DNA from: an uncultured delta proteobacterium
GTDB taxonomy: Bacteria > Desulfobacterota > Binatia > JACPRU01
NCBI GenBank assembly: GCA_963745025.1
Contig: CAVUWD010000016.1
Span: 1,056,001-1,120,000 of the forward strand
Length of the DNA: 64,000 bases
Direction: 5' to 3'
Part shown: one piece after another, positions 31,358 through 41,921 of the stretch
Numbering within the stretch: position 1 is the stretch's first letter
Layout of the letters: every line of letters begins with the position of its first letter
Position numbers and translations under genes: made by a program
Notes under the pieces: generated by a model
What the model saw: only the letters and a program-made list of their open reading frames with translations
The model's database searches: none
What the model was told of the DNA's origin: nothing

Positions 31358-32568
31358 ATGTCCGAAGCTCGGTCACGCGCAGGAGTTGTAACCGCAATCG
31401 CGGCGCCGTGGCCTTCGCCGTGGGTGCGCGGTCCAGCCTGGGACGGATTCTGGATGCTCAGCGCGCTCTGGCTCGCGCCGATCATCCTGTGGCTCTCCCA
31501 CGGATATGCCGACCCGCAGGACAGCCCTCTCGATCTGCTCTACTTCGGCCTGACCGCGCTGTTCTGGATCGGTCATCGGTTGTGCAGCACGTACCTCGCC
31601 TACTGCACGGAGGCGTATCGGCCTCTCTTGCGAACTCAGCCGGTGCGGTTCGTCGTGCTCCCGCTGCTGGTGACGGCCGGGTGCTTCGCTGTCTTCCTGC
31701 CGTCGGACACGGCGTTGCCGTGGAGCCGCGAGGAGCGCCTGGTGGCGCTCGCAATCCTCGACTATGTCTTTGTGACGTACCACTTCGCGGCCCAGCATTT
31801 CGGCGCGCTCTCTCTCTACCGCACGCGGGTCGGACGCAGCGCCTGCACTGCGCACGAGAACGCATGGATCGGCTCTTCGCGCTGGGCGTCGGCGGCGTGC
31901 TCGTCTTCCTGGCAGACATCCTCGCTGGAGCGGTCGCCTACCAGGACCAGTGGGTCGATCGCTGGCTCTTTCCCGCCTGGCTCGTGTCGGCACAAGATGG
32001 GATCCGCGCAGGCGCCACGCTCGTGCTGCTCGCCGCGACGGCCGCCATGCTTTTCGTGGAGTTGCGCGCGCCGCGATGGTCGCTGCCGCGCGTGCTTTAC
32101 GTCCTGGGAATCGCGGCCATGGTCGCCATCGCCCTCCGCCCGCGGAGCCTGTTTCTCTTCCTCGTGATCTGGACTTCGCAGCACTGGATCCTCGCGACGG
32201 GACTCGCTTCCCAGACGCCGGTCGGCGAGCCCGCTCCCATGCGCGGTGTGGTGCGCCGGGTGCTCCACGCATTGAACACGCGGCCTTGGGCCATCCTGCT
32301 TCTTCTCGTGGTTGCGTCGGTCGTGCTCTTGCCCCTCTTCGAAGTCGAAGGGAACCGGCAGGACGGTACCTATTATGGGGATCGGATATTCGGCGCCATC
32401 GCGACGGGATTGCGTACGTCTCCGTGGGTCCCCGCGCTCCTGGCCCTCGGCTTCGCGACGGGGTTCATCCACTACCTCCTCGATCGGAGCGTCTACCGAC
32501 TGTCGGATCCCCAGGTCCGCACGGCGGCGCGTGGTCTCCTCGCCGAAACGGGTCCATCGCCGATGTAA
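31358..32568 (+). CDS. Polytopic membrane protein of unknown function (frameshift ~31850)
   Basis: ORFs 31334-32167 and 31408-32568 join; motifs WIGHR, YHFAAQHFG, SQHW, FIHYLLDR. Confidence 0.7.
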
Positions 32569-32681
32569 CGGTGACGTTCGACAAAGACGGCAAGCCGTAG
32601 CCGGCGTAGCAAGAGCCACAGCGATTCGCTATCCTTTCGCCGACTGCTTCCGAGTGGCTACGCCGCTCGGCCATCGATCCC

Positions 32682-33344
32682 ATGTGCGGCCGTATCTCAC
32701 GCACCAGCCCCCGCGAGGTCATCGCCGAGGAGTTCGGCGTCTCGCGGTTCGTCAACGTCGATCTCCGCCCCCGCTACAACGTGGCCCCGAGCCAGTTGGT
32801 CGAAACCATCATCCGCGCCGGCGACGAGAAACGCCTCGGTCCGATGCGGTGGGGATTTGTGTCCCCAACCGCAAAGGATCCGAAGCTCGCCCCGATCAAC
32901 GCACGCGCCGAGACGCTCTCGACCTCACCGATGTTCCGAGACGCCTTCCGACGCCACCGTTGTCTCGTCGTCGCGAACGGGTTCTACGAGTGGCGGAAGG
33001 AGGGACGTACCAAGACGCCGTACTTCATCCATCTGCGGTCGGGCCATCCGTTCGGGTTCGCCGGTATCTGGTCTACGAGGCGCGGGGAGGTAGGGAATCG
33101 CCTTGTCACGTGCGCCATCGTGACCTGCCCGCCGAACGAGCTCATGGCCACGATTCACAACCGGATGCCTGTGATCCTGCCTCCGGGCGCGCGTGATCGG
33201 TGGCTCGATCCGACGGCGGACGAGACTGAGCTCCGTGGGCTTCTCGTCCCCCTTCCCGCGGAGGACTTGGATGCCTACGAGGTCTCCACGCTCGTCAACT
33301 CGCCGCAAAACGATTCGCCGGAGTGCGTGCGGCCGATCGGGTAG
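32682..33344 (+). CDS. SOS-response-associated peptidase (SRAP/HMCES family)
   Basis: MCGR N-terminus, YNVAP, INARAET, FYEW, IHNRMP. Confidence 0.95.
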   Translation: MCGRISRTSPREVIAEEFGVSRFVNVDLRPRYNVAPSQLVETIIRAGDEKRLGPMRWGFVSPTAKDPKLAPINARAETLSTSPMFRDAFRRHRCLVVANGFYEWRKEGRTKTPYFIHLRSGHPFGFAGIWSTRRGEVGNRLVTCAIVTCPPNELMATIHNRMPVILPPGARDRWLDPTADETELRGLLVPLPAEDLDAYEVSTLVNSPQNDSPECVRPIG

Positions 33345-33488
33345 GCAATGACGGGACGGGCCGTCGCCTTCGGATTCGGGATGGGCGGGCTGAGGGGCAA
33401 TGCTTCTAGCCTGCGGATCAGATTGGCCAGTTCGAGGAGCGACGGACGGTCGTTCCGATGAGGATCTTCGCCGGCCTGGGGCCTCGGC

Positions 33489-34288
33489 TCATGCGACCCT
33501 TGCCTGATAGCCGGGACCGAGATGGATCCCGAATTCCTCGCCCCAGTCGTACGGCAAATCGATCAGCTCGCCACCGACCTCGACCGATTCGAGAGCATGC
33601 AGCGCGTCGAGCAGGATCATTCTCTGCCGCGCGGTATCGAATGGTCTGCCGAACGGATTACCCATCGGGAAGTTGACGAACACGGTTCGCGGCGCCTTGA
33701 CCTGCGCGCTCAAGTCGCGGCCGGTCGAGACCACCACCGTTGCGACTCCTGCTTCCTCCACCACCCTGGCAACCAGACCCACGGTCTGGTGATCCAGCGG
33801 TCACGCGGGCACGAGCACGAACGCATCGATGCCGTCGTCGACGAGCTTGCGCGCGAGCGCCGGGGCCGCCTCGTTCACGACCGCCGTGCGAACGTAGATT
33901 CGGCCCATGAATCCGCTGTAGTGACGAGGCGCGACTTCGCCGATCACGCCTTCGGCAGCGAGCTCGCGCAGCCGCTCGATCGGGAAGATGCAGTTGATGT
34001 CCCGATCGGCGTCGCGGTGGTTGTAGTAGTCGTCGCTGATGGCGAAAAAACCCGGGGGAGTGTCCTTTTCGATGCTGTCGACCCGCAAATCGTTGCGCGC
34101 CTGCGGGTTGAAAGGAACCGCATCCTGCTAGAAACGCCGCCCGAGGTCAGCATCGCGACGCGGCACCGGTCGAGCGGCTTCCGCAGCCGGGTCGACGGGG
34201 CAGCTTCGTTGATCGTCTATCGGTACGCCGGAAATCCTTGACTCCGGTAGAACTCGCCCAGGGGTGGGACGTAAGCGATCGGCCTCAT
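33489..34288 (-). pseudogene. GrdB/PrdB-like selenoprotein (Sec TGA 33801-33803), disrupted by TAG 34217-34219 and a frameshift ~34128
   Basis: MRPIAYV..FPAYR*TINE..RVAMLTSGG/..DRDINCIFPIERLRELA.EG.IG..HYSGFMG..LVPA-U-PLDHQTVGLVAR..FPMGNPFG. Confidence 0.8.
33766..33797 (-). promoter_or_regulatory. Bacterial SECIS element
   Basis: CTGG-ATC-ACCAGACC-GTG-GGTCTGGT-TG-CCAG hairpin; GU apical loop 18 nt after the UGA. Confidence 0.75.
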
Positions 34289-34527
34289 GGTCGCGCTTCC
34301 CCTACTGGACCGAAAGAATTCCTCTGTCGGAGCATCTTCGCGCCGAGCAAAGCATCGCGCGATCCGTCGTGTCAACCCATGCTCGGCGACCGCGTCGGGT
34401 TCGCCCGCGACGGCCGATGCTCCTCCACGGTGCCTTGCCCGAAGGAGGCCCCCGACCTCGCGGGCCGATGTTGATCGACAAGGCGGCAGAGCAAGCCGAA
34501 TTTTGCTAGCTTGATCCTATTCCGCGG

Positions 34528-35259
34528 ATGAGGATGCAAGAGGTGCGCATACGACATTCGATTCTGCTCGCTGCTGGCATCGGCGTGTCGTGGTGCGGGC
34601 TACAGGCATCGTACGGGGCGAGCACGCCGGCGGCCGAGGCGACACCTCCAGCCCAGGCGCACCACGACGCCACCGTCCGACACTCCTTCGAAGACGTGCA
34701 GCACTGGATCGCGGTATTTGATGATCCGACGCGCGACGCGTGGCAGAAGCCCGCGGAGGTGGTGCAGGCGCTCGGGATCCGCCGTGGTATGTGCGTGGCC
34801 GATCTCGGCGCCGGCACCGGCTATTTCAACCGCTATCTCTCCGCCGCCGTCGGCGAGGGCGGCACGGTATTCGCGGTCGACACGGAGCCAAACCTCATCG
34901 TGCATCTGCGCGAGCGTGCCGAGCGCGAACAGGCGCCGAATGTCGTGCCGATCCTTGCCTCCGCCGACAACCCGCGCTTGCCGGCCGGCATGGTCGATCT
35001 GGTGTTGATCGTCGATACCGTTCACCACATCGATGACCGCGTGGACTACGTGCGCCGGTTGCGGCGCGTCCTGAAGTCGGGTGGCCGCGTCGTGGTCATC
35101 GACTTCAAGAAGGACGCCGACATCCCCGTCGGCCCACCCGCCACGCACCGATTGGCGCGTGCGCAGGTCGTCGAGGAGTTCCAGAGCGCCGGCTATCAGC
35201 TCATCGCCGCGCCGGAGGTGCTGCCGTACCAATATTTCCTGATCTTTCAGCCGACGTGA
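34528..35259 (+). CDS. Class I SAM-dependent methyltransferase with signal peptide
   Basis: RDAWQKP, ADLGAGTGYF, GGRVVVIDF. Confidence 0.9.
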   Translation: MRMQEVRIRHSILLAAGIGVSWCGLQASYGASTPAAEATPPAQAHHDATVRHSFEDVQHWIAVFDDPTRDAWQKPAEVVQALGIRRGMCVADLGAGTGYFNRYLSAAVGEGGTVFAVDTEPNLIVHLRERAEREQAPNVVPILASADNPRLPAGMVDLVLIVDTVHHIDDRVDYVRRLRRVLKSGGRVVVIDFKKDADIPVGPPATHRLARAQVVEEFQSAGYQLIAAPEVLPYQYFLIFQPT

Positions 35260-35406
35260 ACGCGCAATGCATCTCGACCGTGTCCCGCAAGTCAGTCGGT
35301 CCTGCGTCGCTAGCCAGTTTCGCTGCTCGTGCGATCCTTCAGCATCGAGTACAAGATCCGACAGAGCCACGCGCCATAGGAACCCACACGGGAGGAGGGC
35401 CTTCAG

Positions 35407-36198
35407 ATGAACTACAGCAGTTATCGCGCGCTCGACATCGAGCGCAAGGGCAAGGTGCTGGTGATCTCTTTCAACCGGGCGGACAAAGCGAACGCCATTG
35501 ACGGGCCTATCCATCTGGAGCTGGCTCGCGTCTTCTCCGACATCGCGATGGACAGGGAGACGGAAGCCGTTTTGCTGACCGGAAAGGGCGGCACGTTCTC
35601 CGTCGGCGGGGATGCGGAATGGCTTAGCGCCATGACGAGCGAGCAGGTGGATGTCCTTTTCGTCGAGGCCCGCAAGATAGTCACGGACATGCTGGAGGTG
35701 CCGCAGCCCATCGTTGCGGCCGTACAGGGCATGGCCACCGGCCTTGCGGCGACGCTGGTTGTCTTCTGCGACGTGGTATTTATCGCCGAGGACGCCGAGA
35801 TCGGAGACCCGCACGTCGCCTATGCGCTCGTGGCCGGTGACGGCGGCGCGGCGGTCTGGCCGCTCCTCATCGGCCTGTCTCGGGCCAAGGAGCTGCTGAT
35901 GACCGGCGACATCATCAGCGGGAAGGAAGCGGCGCGCATCGGCCTGGTGAACCACGCCGTGCCCGACGATCAGGTGCAGGCCCGCGCGCTCGAATTCGCC
36001 AATCGCCTTGCCAACGGCCACTCGGCTGCGATCCGGGGCACGAAAACCGCGATCAACAAGATCCTGCGCTTTACGACGAACCTGGTCTTCGACACCGCCC
36101 TGGCGCTGGAGAGAACGTGCTTCCAGTCGAAGGAGTTCGAAGAAGCCGCGCGCGCCATCGCCGCCCGCCGCGCGGCCGGGGGAAAACAGTGGGATTAG
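35407..36198 (+). CDS. Enoyl-CoA hydratase/isomerase family
   Basis: FSVGGD, PIVAAVQG, DPH..LVAGDGG, RAKELLMTG. Confidence 0.92.
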   Translation: MNYSSYRALDIERKGKVLVISFNRADKANAIDGPIHLELARVFSDIAMDRETEAVLLTGKGGTFSVGGDAEWLSAMTSEQVDVLFVEARKIVTDMLEVPQPIVAAVQGMATGLAATLVVFCDVVFIAEDAEIGDPHVAYALVAGDGGAAVWPLLIGLSRAKELLMTGDIISGKEAARIGLVNHAVPDDQVQARALEFANRLANGHSAAIRGTKTAINKILRFTTNLVFDTALALERTCFQSKEFEEAARAIAARRAAGGKQWD

Positions 36199-36239
36199 CG
36201 TAAGCATCGTTCGCCCCGATCGACCTGGCCTTCCGCCTA

Positions 36240-36305
36240 CTCCGACCCCGGAGCCGAGCGAGCTCAGTCTCGGACTGGCCGCGCTCGCGACGCTCGCCCG
36301 GCGGT
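36240..36305 (+). pseudogene. Orphan PEP-CTERM-like tail
   Basis: TPEPSELSLGLAALATLARR with no upstream gene body. Confidence 0.45.
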
Positions 36306-36362
36306 CGTGCGCGCGGAGATCCCAGGCCGCGACGCAAGCCCCTACACGGAAGTCGGCGTGGC

Positions 36363-37400
36363 TCAGCTGCGTGCAGGATCGCGAGGGCTTGGTTGCCGGT
36401 TCGTGCTGGCGCCTGACCCCGAAGGGGCGAATTGGGGCATTACTTCATCTACAAAGAGATCGAGGGTTTCGGGCGTGGTCGGCGCCAGAATGAAGTACGC
36501 CATCCCGGTGTCTTCGATCCGCTCGCGCAACTCGTCGCACACCTGGTCGGGCGATCCGAGCAGGGCCACTGGGGATTTTTTGGCCGTGGAGAGATCGGGA
36601 AAACCGAGCGACCTCGCGAGATGACCAAGGGCGGGGTCCTCGGGGTTTCGGGACAGGCCGAGCAGCGCCAAGCCGCTCAGCTCGATCTCCTCGGGATCGC
36701 GGCCGGCCGCCTCGGCAAAGCCTCGCAAGCGTTTGATCCGGTCCTTGAGTCGCGCGGTGTCGAATCGGAGGGTCGCCACAGGGTCGTTGGGGAAGTCTTT
36801 GCCATTTCTGGTGGGCGGGATCAGGTTCACGAGGTCCGCATAGGCGGCGGCGATCTGGAGAAGCCGGGTGCCCGAACCACCAAGCATGATCGGGGGGTGG
36901 GGTCGCTGGATGGGCCGGGGTTGGTTGTAGGCCTTTTCAATCGCGAAATAGCGACCCTTGAAGGTAGGCTCCTCCTGGGTCCACATCGCTTTCACCACCT
37001 GCAGCGCCTCAGCCAACTGCTCCAGGCGTTCCGGCGTCGATGGAAAGGGATAGCCATGGGCGTGGTACTCACCGGGGAGCCAGCCGGCCCCGACGCCCAG
37101 GATGAGACGTCCCCCGCTCACGATGTCCAGCGTCGTTGCGATCTTCGCCAACAGCGGCGGGGGTCGGAACGATGCCGCGACCACTGCCGGCGCCAAACGG
37201 ATGCGATTCGTTCTGGCGGCAATCGCGCTCAGGATCGTGAAGCATTCGAGCTGGGGAGCCTCGGGTGAACCGAAAGGCGAGAAGAAATGGTCGTTGGGTG
37301 AGAACGAGTAAAAGCCCGCCCGGTCGGCGCGAAGCGCCGTCGCCATCACCGCCGAGAAATCGCCGCTCATCGAGAATAGGCCGAACTTGACGCGCATCAT
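36363..37400 (-). CDS. LLM-class oxidoreductase
   Basis: NDHF, LECFT, RPPPLLAK, SGGRLILGVGAGW, HPPIMLGG. Confidence 0.9.
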   Translation of the reverse strand: MMRVKFGLFSMSGDFSAVMATALRADRAGFYSFSPNDHFFSPFGSPEAPQLECFTILSAIAARTNRIRLAPAVVAASFRPPPLLAKIATTLDIVSGGRLILGVGAGWLPGEYHAHGYPFPSTPERLEQLAEALQVVKAMWTQEEPTFKGRYFAIEKAYNQPRPIQRPHPPIMLGGSGTRLLQIAAAYADLVNLIPPTRNGKDFPNDPVATLRFDTARLKDRIKRLRGFAEAAGRDPEEIELSGLALLGLSRNPEDPALGHLARSLGFPDLSTAKKSPVALLGSPDQVCDELRERIEDTGMAYFILAPTTPETLDLFVDEVMPQFAPSGSGASTNRQPSPRDPARS

Positions 37401-37524
37401 CGATCGCGTGCCCCTTGCGTAGCCTTACGCCAACTCGGCCGCTTGTGCCGCCTATCCGCGTCCGTAGATGGCACTAGGCTCGCTGAGGTTTCAGGTGTCA
37501 AGGAATCTGGGGTGCCGGCAACCG

Positions 37525-37659
37525 AAGTCCGCCCACGAAGGCGAACGCAAGCAGGTGACGATGCTCTTCGCCGACGTGAAGGGCTCGATGGAGCTGGCCG
37601 AGTAGCTCGACGCCGAGGAGTGGCACAAGATCCTCGACCGCTTCTTCGAGATCTTGACC
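37525..37659 (+). pseudogene. Adenylate/guanylate cyclase relic 1
   Basis: EGERKQVTMLFADVKGSMELAE*LDAEEWHKILDRFFEIL. Confidence 0.85.
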
Positions 37660-37880
37660 GTGCGATCGCCGGCAGCCAGGTCGATGGTCAGACGAGCAGC
37701 CGGGTTCGTGCCGCTTGCGTCGGACGGGTGCACGCTGCGATACGCCTCGATGAACTGCTGGAGCCCGTCGATGTTGGGGTCGGTGTTCTCCTCGTAGTCG
37801 ATCTCGATGCCGACGCCCAGCTCCGTCGCCACGGCGGCGGCCTTCAGGCCGAGGTCGCGGCCGCCGAGGGCGATTTCGGT
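37660..37880 (-). pseudogene. Internal relic of a GH18-like hypothetical protein
   Basis: LGVGIEIDYEE..GLQQFIEAYRS..PAARLTIDLAAGDR. Confidence 0.4.
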
Positions 37881-38731
37881 TGTGCGGCCCCACCGGCTCT
37901 GACACAGGTCGCGCCGTGCCGCTGCTGCGCTTCTTCTCTGGTTTTCGGCTACCGCTCGACGCCGTGGGACTTCTGCGGCACGAGTCCAGGGTCCGCGTCG
38001 CGGCGATCGTCCCTCTGCTCGTCTCGGCGGCGGCGCTCGCCATCGGAGTCGCCGTCGTGGTCGCGTGGGCGGGAGAGCTGTACGCGCTCGCGACCGGCTG
38101 GCTGCCCTGGCCCGAAGCTGCGGCGTGGTACGCATGGATCTGGATCGGGCCGCTTCGGGTCCTTCTTTTCGTCATCGGGCTCGCCGCCTTCGGCGCGCTG
38201 GCGGGCGGCGTCATCGTCGTCGCGTTCCTTCTCGGCGGCGTCGTCGCTGCGCCGTTTCTCGATCGGCTGTCGCGGCGGGTCGAGGAGACGCTCACCGCTT
38301 CGGTGATCGACACGGCGAGGCCGGGCGTCGCCGGCTTCTTCGCCGACGCGGCGCGCGTGATTCTGGAGGAGGTGAAACGGCTCGGCTTCTTCCTCGGCGT
38401 GCAGGGTCTCGTCGTGATTCCCGGCGCGCTCGTTCCGGGGGCTCAGCCGGCAGCCGCAGCGGCCATGGTGGCGCTGACGATCCTCTTTCTCGCCCTCGAC
38501 TCGGCGAGCTACGCGCTCGACCGCCGGGGGCTTGGCTTCGGCGAGAAGCTGCGGTGGAGCCGCGAGCATTTTCCGGCCGTCGCGGGCTACGGCGCGGCGG
38601 CATTTCTCGTCTGCTCCATTCCCCTCGTCAACCTGATCGCGCTGCCGCTGCTCGTTGCGGCGGGAACGCTGCTCGTCGCCGAGGTGGAGCGACGCCACAA
38701 CGCGGGCGATGAACGAGCGCGCAAGTCGTAG
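37880..38731 (+). CDS. EI24/CysZ-like membrane protein (start uncertain)
   Basis: APFLDRLSRRVE, IPLVNLIALP; multiple TM segments. Confidence 0.78.
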   Translation: MCGPTGSDTGRAVPLLRFFSGFRLPLDAVGLLRHESRVRVAAIVPLLVSAAALAIGVAVVVAWAGELYALATGWLPWPEAAAWYAWIWIGPLRVLLFVIGLAAFGALAGGVIVVAFLLGGVVAAPFLDRLSRRVEETLTASVIDTARPGVAGFFADAARVILEEVKRLGFFLGVQGLVVIPGALVPGAQPAAAAAMVALTILFLALDSASYALDRRGLGFGEKLRWSREHFPAVAGYGAAAFLVCSIPLVNLIALPLLVAAGTLLVAEVERRHNAGDERARKS

Positions 38732-38904
38732 CGCCCGAAGAGAGCATGCCGACGTCTCGAACCCGTCCGATCCCGGCTCGTTGCTGAGACCGCGAGGCCG
38801 TCGGGCGGTCCCCCCAAATCAGCCTTCGTATACGCCGTCACAACCGGTGCACGCGGCTGTCGTTCGAGCCCCGCCGCCTGCGATCAGTGTGGGTTCGAAC
38901 ACGG

Positions 38905-39315
38905 CTATCGGCGAGTGCCCGCGCGCGGCGTGAAGACCTCGTCCAGGCTCCACTTGACCCCGCCGCGACAGGCAATGACGAGGAAAACGAAGGAGTAGAG
39001 AGCGGCCAACTCGCCTTTGTTCAGAGCCGGGAAGAACTCGGGTCCCATCTGTAGCTTCCAGTGGAATTGGAAATACGCCACCGCCATCATCCCGCTGCAG
39101 AGAAAAGCCGCCGCGCGGGTCTGGAACCCCAGCATCACCGGCAACCCTCCCAGGAGCTCGATGATCCCGCCGAACCAAAGTTGGGACCCCACGGGCGGCT
39201 GGAACTCGGAAAGCACCCCGAGGATCTTCTGAATCCCGTGGAACGAGAACATGAATCCGGCCGCCATTCGCATCAAGGCAAAGGAGTGATCGGTCCACTT
39301 TTCGAGCCATGTCAT
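38905..39315 (-). CDS. DoxX-family membrane protein
   Basis: HGIQK, GIIEL, TRAAAF.SG.MAVAYF..H, N.GELA. Confidence 0.9.
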   Translation of the reverse strand: MTWLEKWTDHSFALMRMAAGFMFSFHGIQKILGVLSEFQPPVGSQLWFGGIIELLGGLPVMLGFQTRAAAFLCSGMMAVAYFQFHWKLQMGPEFFPALNKGELAALYSFVFLVIACRGGVKWSLDEVFTPRAGTRR

Positions 39316-39619
39316 CAGAGCACTCTCCGGTTCGGAGATCCTCCTTCGGTCACGATGATCTCGCCGACGAGCTAGAAGGCTCGCGGGTCACAGTCAAGGC
39401 GCCTCACGATATTGTTGATGTTCCCCACTACCGCCATCCGAGCCGACATCTGCAAGCGAACGCTCGATTGCGATACTGCCGATACCTAGGGCGTCGAAGC
39501 GCGCTGACGTCGCCGGCAACGGCATCTCGGTCACGGCGGACCACGGCACGATCGTCCACCGAAAGCGACGGCGTCTTCGGCATGTCGAGCGGTCGGTCGC
39601 GACAGCGATTATGCTCACC

Positions 39620-39782
39620 GGTGATCGCCCTGACCGATGCGATGCTGGCGGTGGAGGAAGAAAACATGCGGCCGGTGACGTGGGTGGTCATCGAGGAGGT
39701 GCGCGGCGGTGATTGGGCCATCGGCGGCAAGCGGCTTCCGGCGCGCGACGTCAAGGCTCTCGCCGCCGGGCGCGCTGCGTAG
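39620..39782 (+). pseudogene. 4-oxalocrotonate tautomerase family, 5'-truncated
   Basis: LTDAMLAVEEENMRPVTWVVIEEVRGGDWAIGG; catalytic Pro1 region absent. Confidence 0.7.
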
Positions 39783-40057
39783 CGAGGCTGCATGCGGCGG
39801 TCGCCGAGCGCGCCGAGCGGTGTCCGCGTTGCGGTACCGCTCGGCCCTCCGCATGATAGATTTTCCTGGCCGGTCGGCGGATGTGGGTTTACCATCGAGC
39901 CGTTCGAATCGTTGAAGAAAATGACGACTTTCAAATCGAGCAGGACGATCACGCTCTACTTCGAGGCGCGCGACGCGCTGTTTCGAGAGCCGCGCGTCAT
40001 GCGGATCATCTGGAGGAGCAGGTCTTGTTACGCCGCTATCCATGAGGAGGCTTGAAC

Positions 40058-41359
40058 ATGGCAACCCAAAGTAACCCTTCTGACGCTGCGATTCGCAAAC
40101 TTCTCGAGTTTCCGCTGCTGGAGGCCCTCTTCGGCCGCCGGGCGCGCCGCTTCGGGCTTGGAATGGAGGTCCCGTCCGGGCCTCTTGCCTTCAAATCCCG
40201 CTACGCGCCGATGCCGCTGTCGGAGCTCGAGCAGGCGGTGCTCATCGTCGCGGCGACGGGAGTAAGCGGTTGGCACTTCGGCATTCCCCATACCCCGAGC
40301 CGCCCGAACGAGCTCTCACACTACAGCGTGCGACTGGCGGGGCGCACCGTGCCGACCGGAGCGGGGATCGGGACCCCCGTGCTCTTCTACACCGACGACG
40401 ACGGAACCTATCTCGTGAACCTCCGCGACATTCGGCCGACCCGCCTGCGCGAGTACCAGGAGGCTGGCGACTTCGAGGGGATCCTTGCGGTCTGCCGGGA
40501 CCACCGGACCAAGCTAGGGGAAAAGCGATTGGATATCCGTCGCGATCCACGGGACATCATGGAGCACAACCTTTGGGTTGCGAACCAGCCGGGTTCTACC
40601 CTGTTGATCCCAGCGACCGATCTCAGCGAGTACTTGCTGGCGCTCCTCATGCTCCTCAGCTCCAACGGCTATTTTCTCTTCGATGACTACGCGAAGCGCC
40701 CGGCGGGGAATCTCGAGCCCTTTTTCCGCTTGGGTCTTCTCGATTCTCAGAAAGCCGTCCCGCTTTCCTTCCTGGAGCAGGCAACGCTCTCGTGGGCGTC
40801 GATGGAGCTCGGCTTCATGGCGCACAACGCGGTTCTCACAATGCAAGCGATGGGGCTCGGCGGCTGGTTCTTCACCGGGATGTACCCCTGGAGCATTCTC
40901 GGCGGATATCGGGACGAAGGAGTGGAAGGGCTCGGCTTCCGTTTCGTGCGGGACGAGCGCTGGACGCTGCCGAACCCGGTAGGGCTCGACGGGCACTACG
41001 AAGGGCTCTGTCCGCCCTACCAGCGGGACATGCGCTCGGCTGTCGAGGCGCTCGTGACGAAGAAGTTCGGTCCCGGCGGTACCTACGATCCGGCCACGGG
41101 CGGCGCCTACAAGCGGACCGCCGAGGTGAAAGCCAGCGTCAGCCGGTACAGCCGCGAGCTCGTCGAGTCGCTCGGCGAGATGGCGCAGTACGTATACGAC
41201 GCCTATGGGAAGTTCCCCGCAACGATCCCGACGATCCTGGTTTCGGGATACGTCCAGGCGCAGCACATCGACCTCGAGTATTACGAAACCCACTTCAAAC
41301 CCGGCGCAGTTTTGCCGACGCACACCGAACACATGGTTCGCTGGCACGGCGGAGCCTGA
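40058..41359 (+). CDS. Large nitroreductase-like hypothetical protein
   Basis: GRRARRF FMN-binding-type N-terminus; NAVLTMQAMGLGGW; GAGGAGG RBS. Confidence 0.7.
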   Translation: MATQSNPSDAAIRKLLEFPLLEALFGRRARRFGLGMEVPSGPLAFKSRYAPMPLSELEQAVLIVAATGVSGWHFGIPHTPSRPNELSHYSVRLAGRTVPTGAGIGTPVLFYTDDDGTYLVNLRDIRPTRLREYQEAGDFEGILAVCRDHRTKLGEKRLDIRRDPRDIMEHNLWVANQPGSTLLIPATDLSEYLLALLMLLSSNGYFLFDDYAKRPAGNLEPFFRLGLLDSQKAVPLSFLEQATLSWASMELGFMAHNAVLTMQAMGLGGWFFTGMYPWSILGGYRDEGVEGLGFRFVRDERWTLPNPVGLDGHYEGLCPPYQRDMRSAVEALVTKKFGPGGTYDPATGGAYKRTAEVKASVSRYSRELVESLGEMAQYVYDAYGKFPATIPTILVSGYVQAQHIDLEYYETHFKPGAVLPTHTEHMVRWHGGA

Positions 41360-41678
41360 GAGAGGCTGGGCCTGGCGTTCGCGCCGCTCAACGCAGAGGA
41401 TGCTCACCAAATTTCGAAACCGATTGTCTCATTCTCATTGACAGCCTCCGGAGGCGACACCCCAGCCTCCGCTCGGTGAACGCTGAGCTCGTGGGACACT
41501 ACGAGGCTTTCTGGAAAGGCCACTGACGGGCGGTCGCCCCCACCGGTCGTGGTCTTCGCTGTTTACTTCACCATACGAATGCCTTCTTTCCGAGCCGGAC
41601 CGGGCAATGACTGCGGCGTTGAGGCACACGGGTGGTCCGGTCCGGGTCGCAAAGTGGGCGTAGGACGGAGGAGCTGAG

Positions 41679-41921
41679 ATGAAAGTCGGCCTTCTTCTAA
41701 TCGTGCTCATAGCCGCTCAGGGCTGCGCGACGCACGTCGTGGAGTCCGTCGTGAAGTCGGATTCGCGTTCTGTCACCGTGCATTCGCGGAGGAACGACGC
41801 CGCAAAGGCTCAGGAGCTAGCGGACGCCGAATGCGCCAGATACATGCGCTTCGCGGTGGTGGAAGGTGATCCCCACGAAGAGAACTACGTGTTCAAATGC
41901 GTCGACCGTTTCGGGAACTGA
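41679..41921 (+). CDS. Small lipoprotein
   Basis: Lipobox AQG-C; GGAGGAG RBS; ADAEC..Y...YVFKC. Confidence 0.7.
   Translation: MKVGLLLIVLIAAQGCATHVVESVVKSDSRSVTVHSRRNDAAKAQELADAECARYMRFAVVEGDPHEENYVFKCVDRFGN

Noticed and set aside
34217-34219. In-frame TAG as pyrrolysine
   Set aside because: Most simply a TGG to TAG change, with a frameshift nearby and no pyl context
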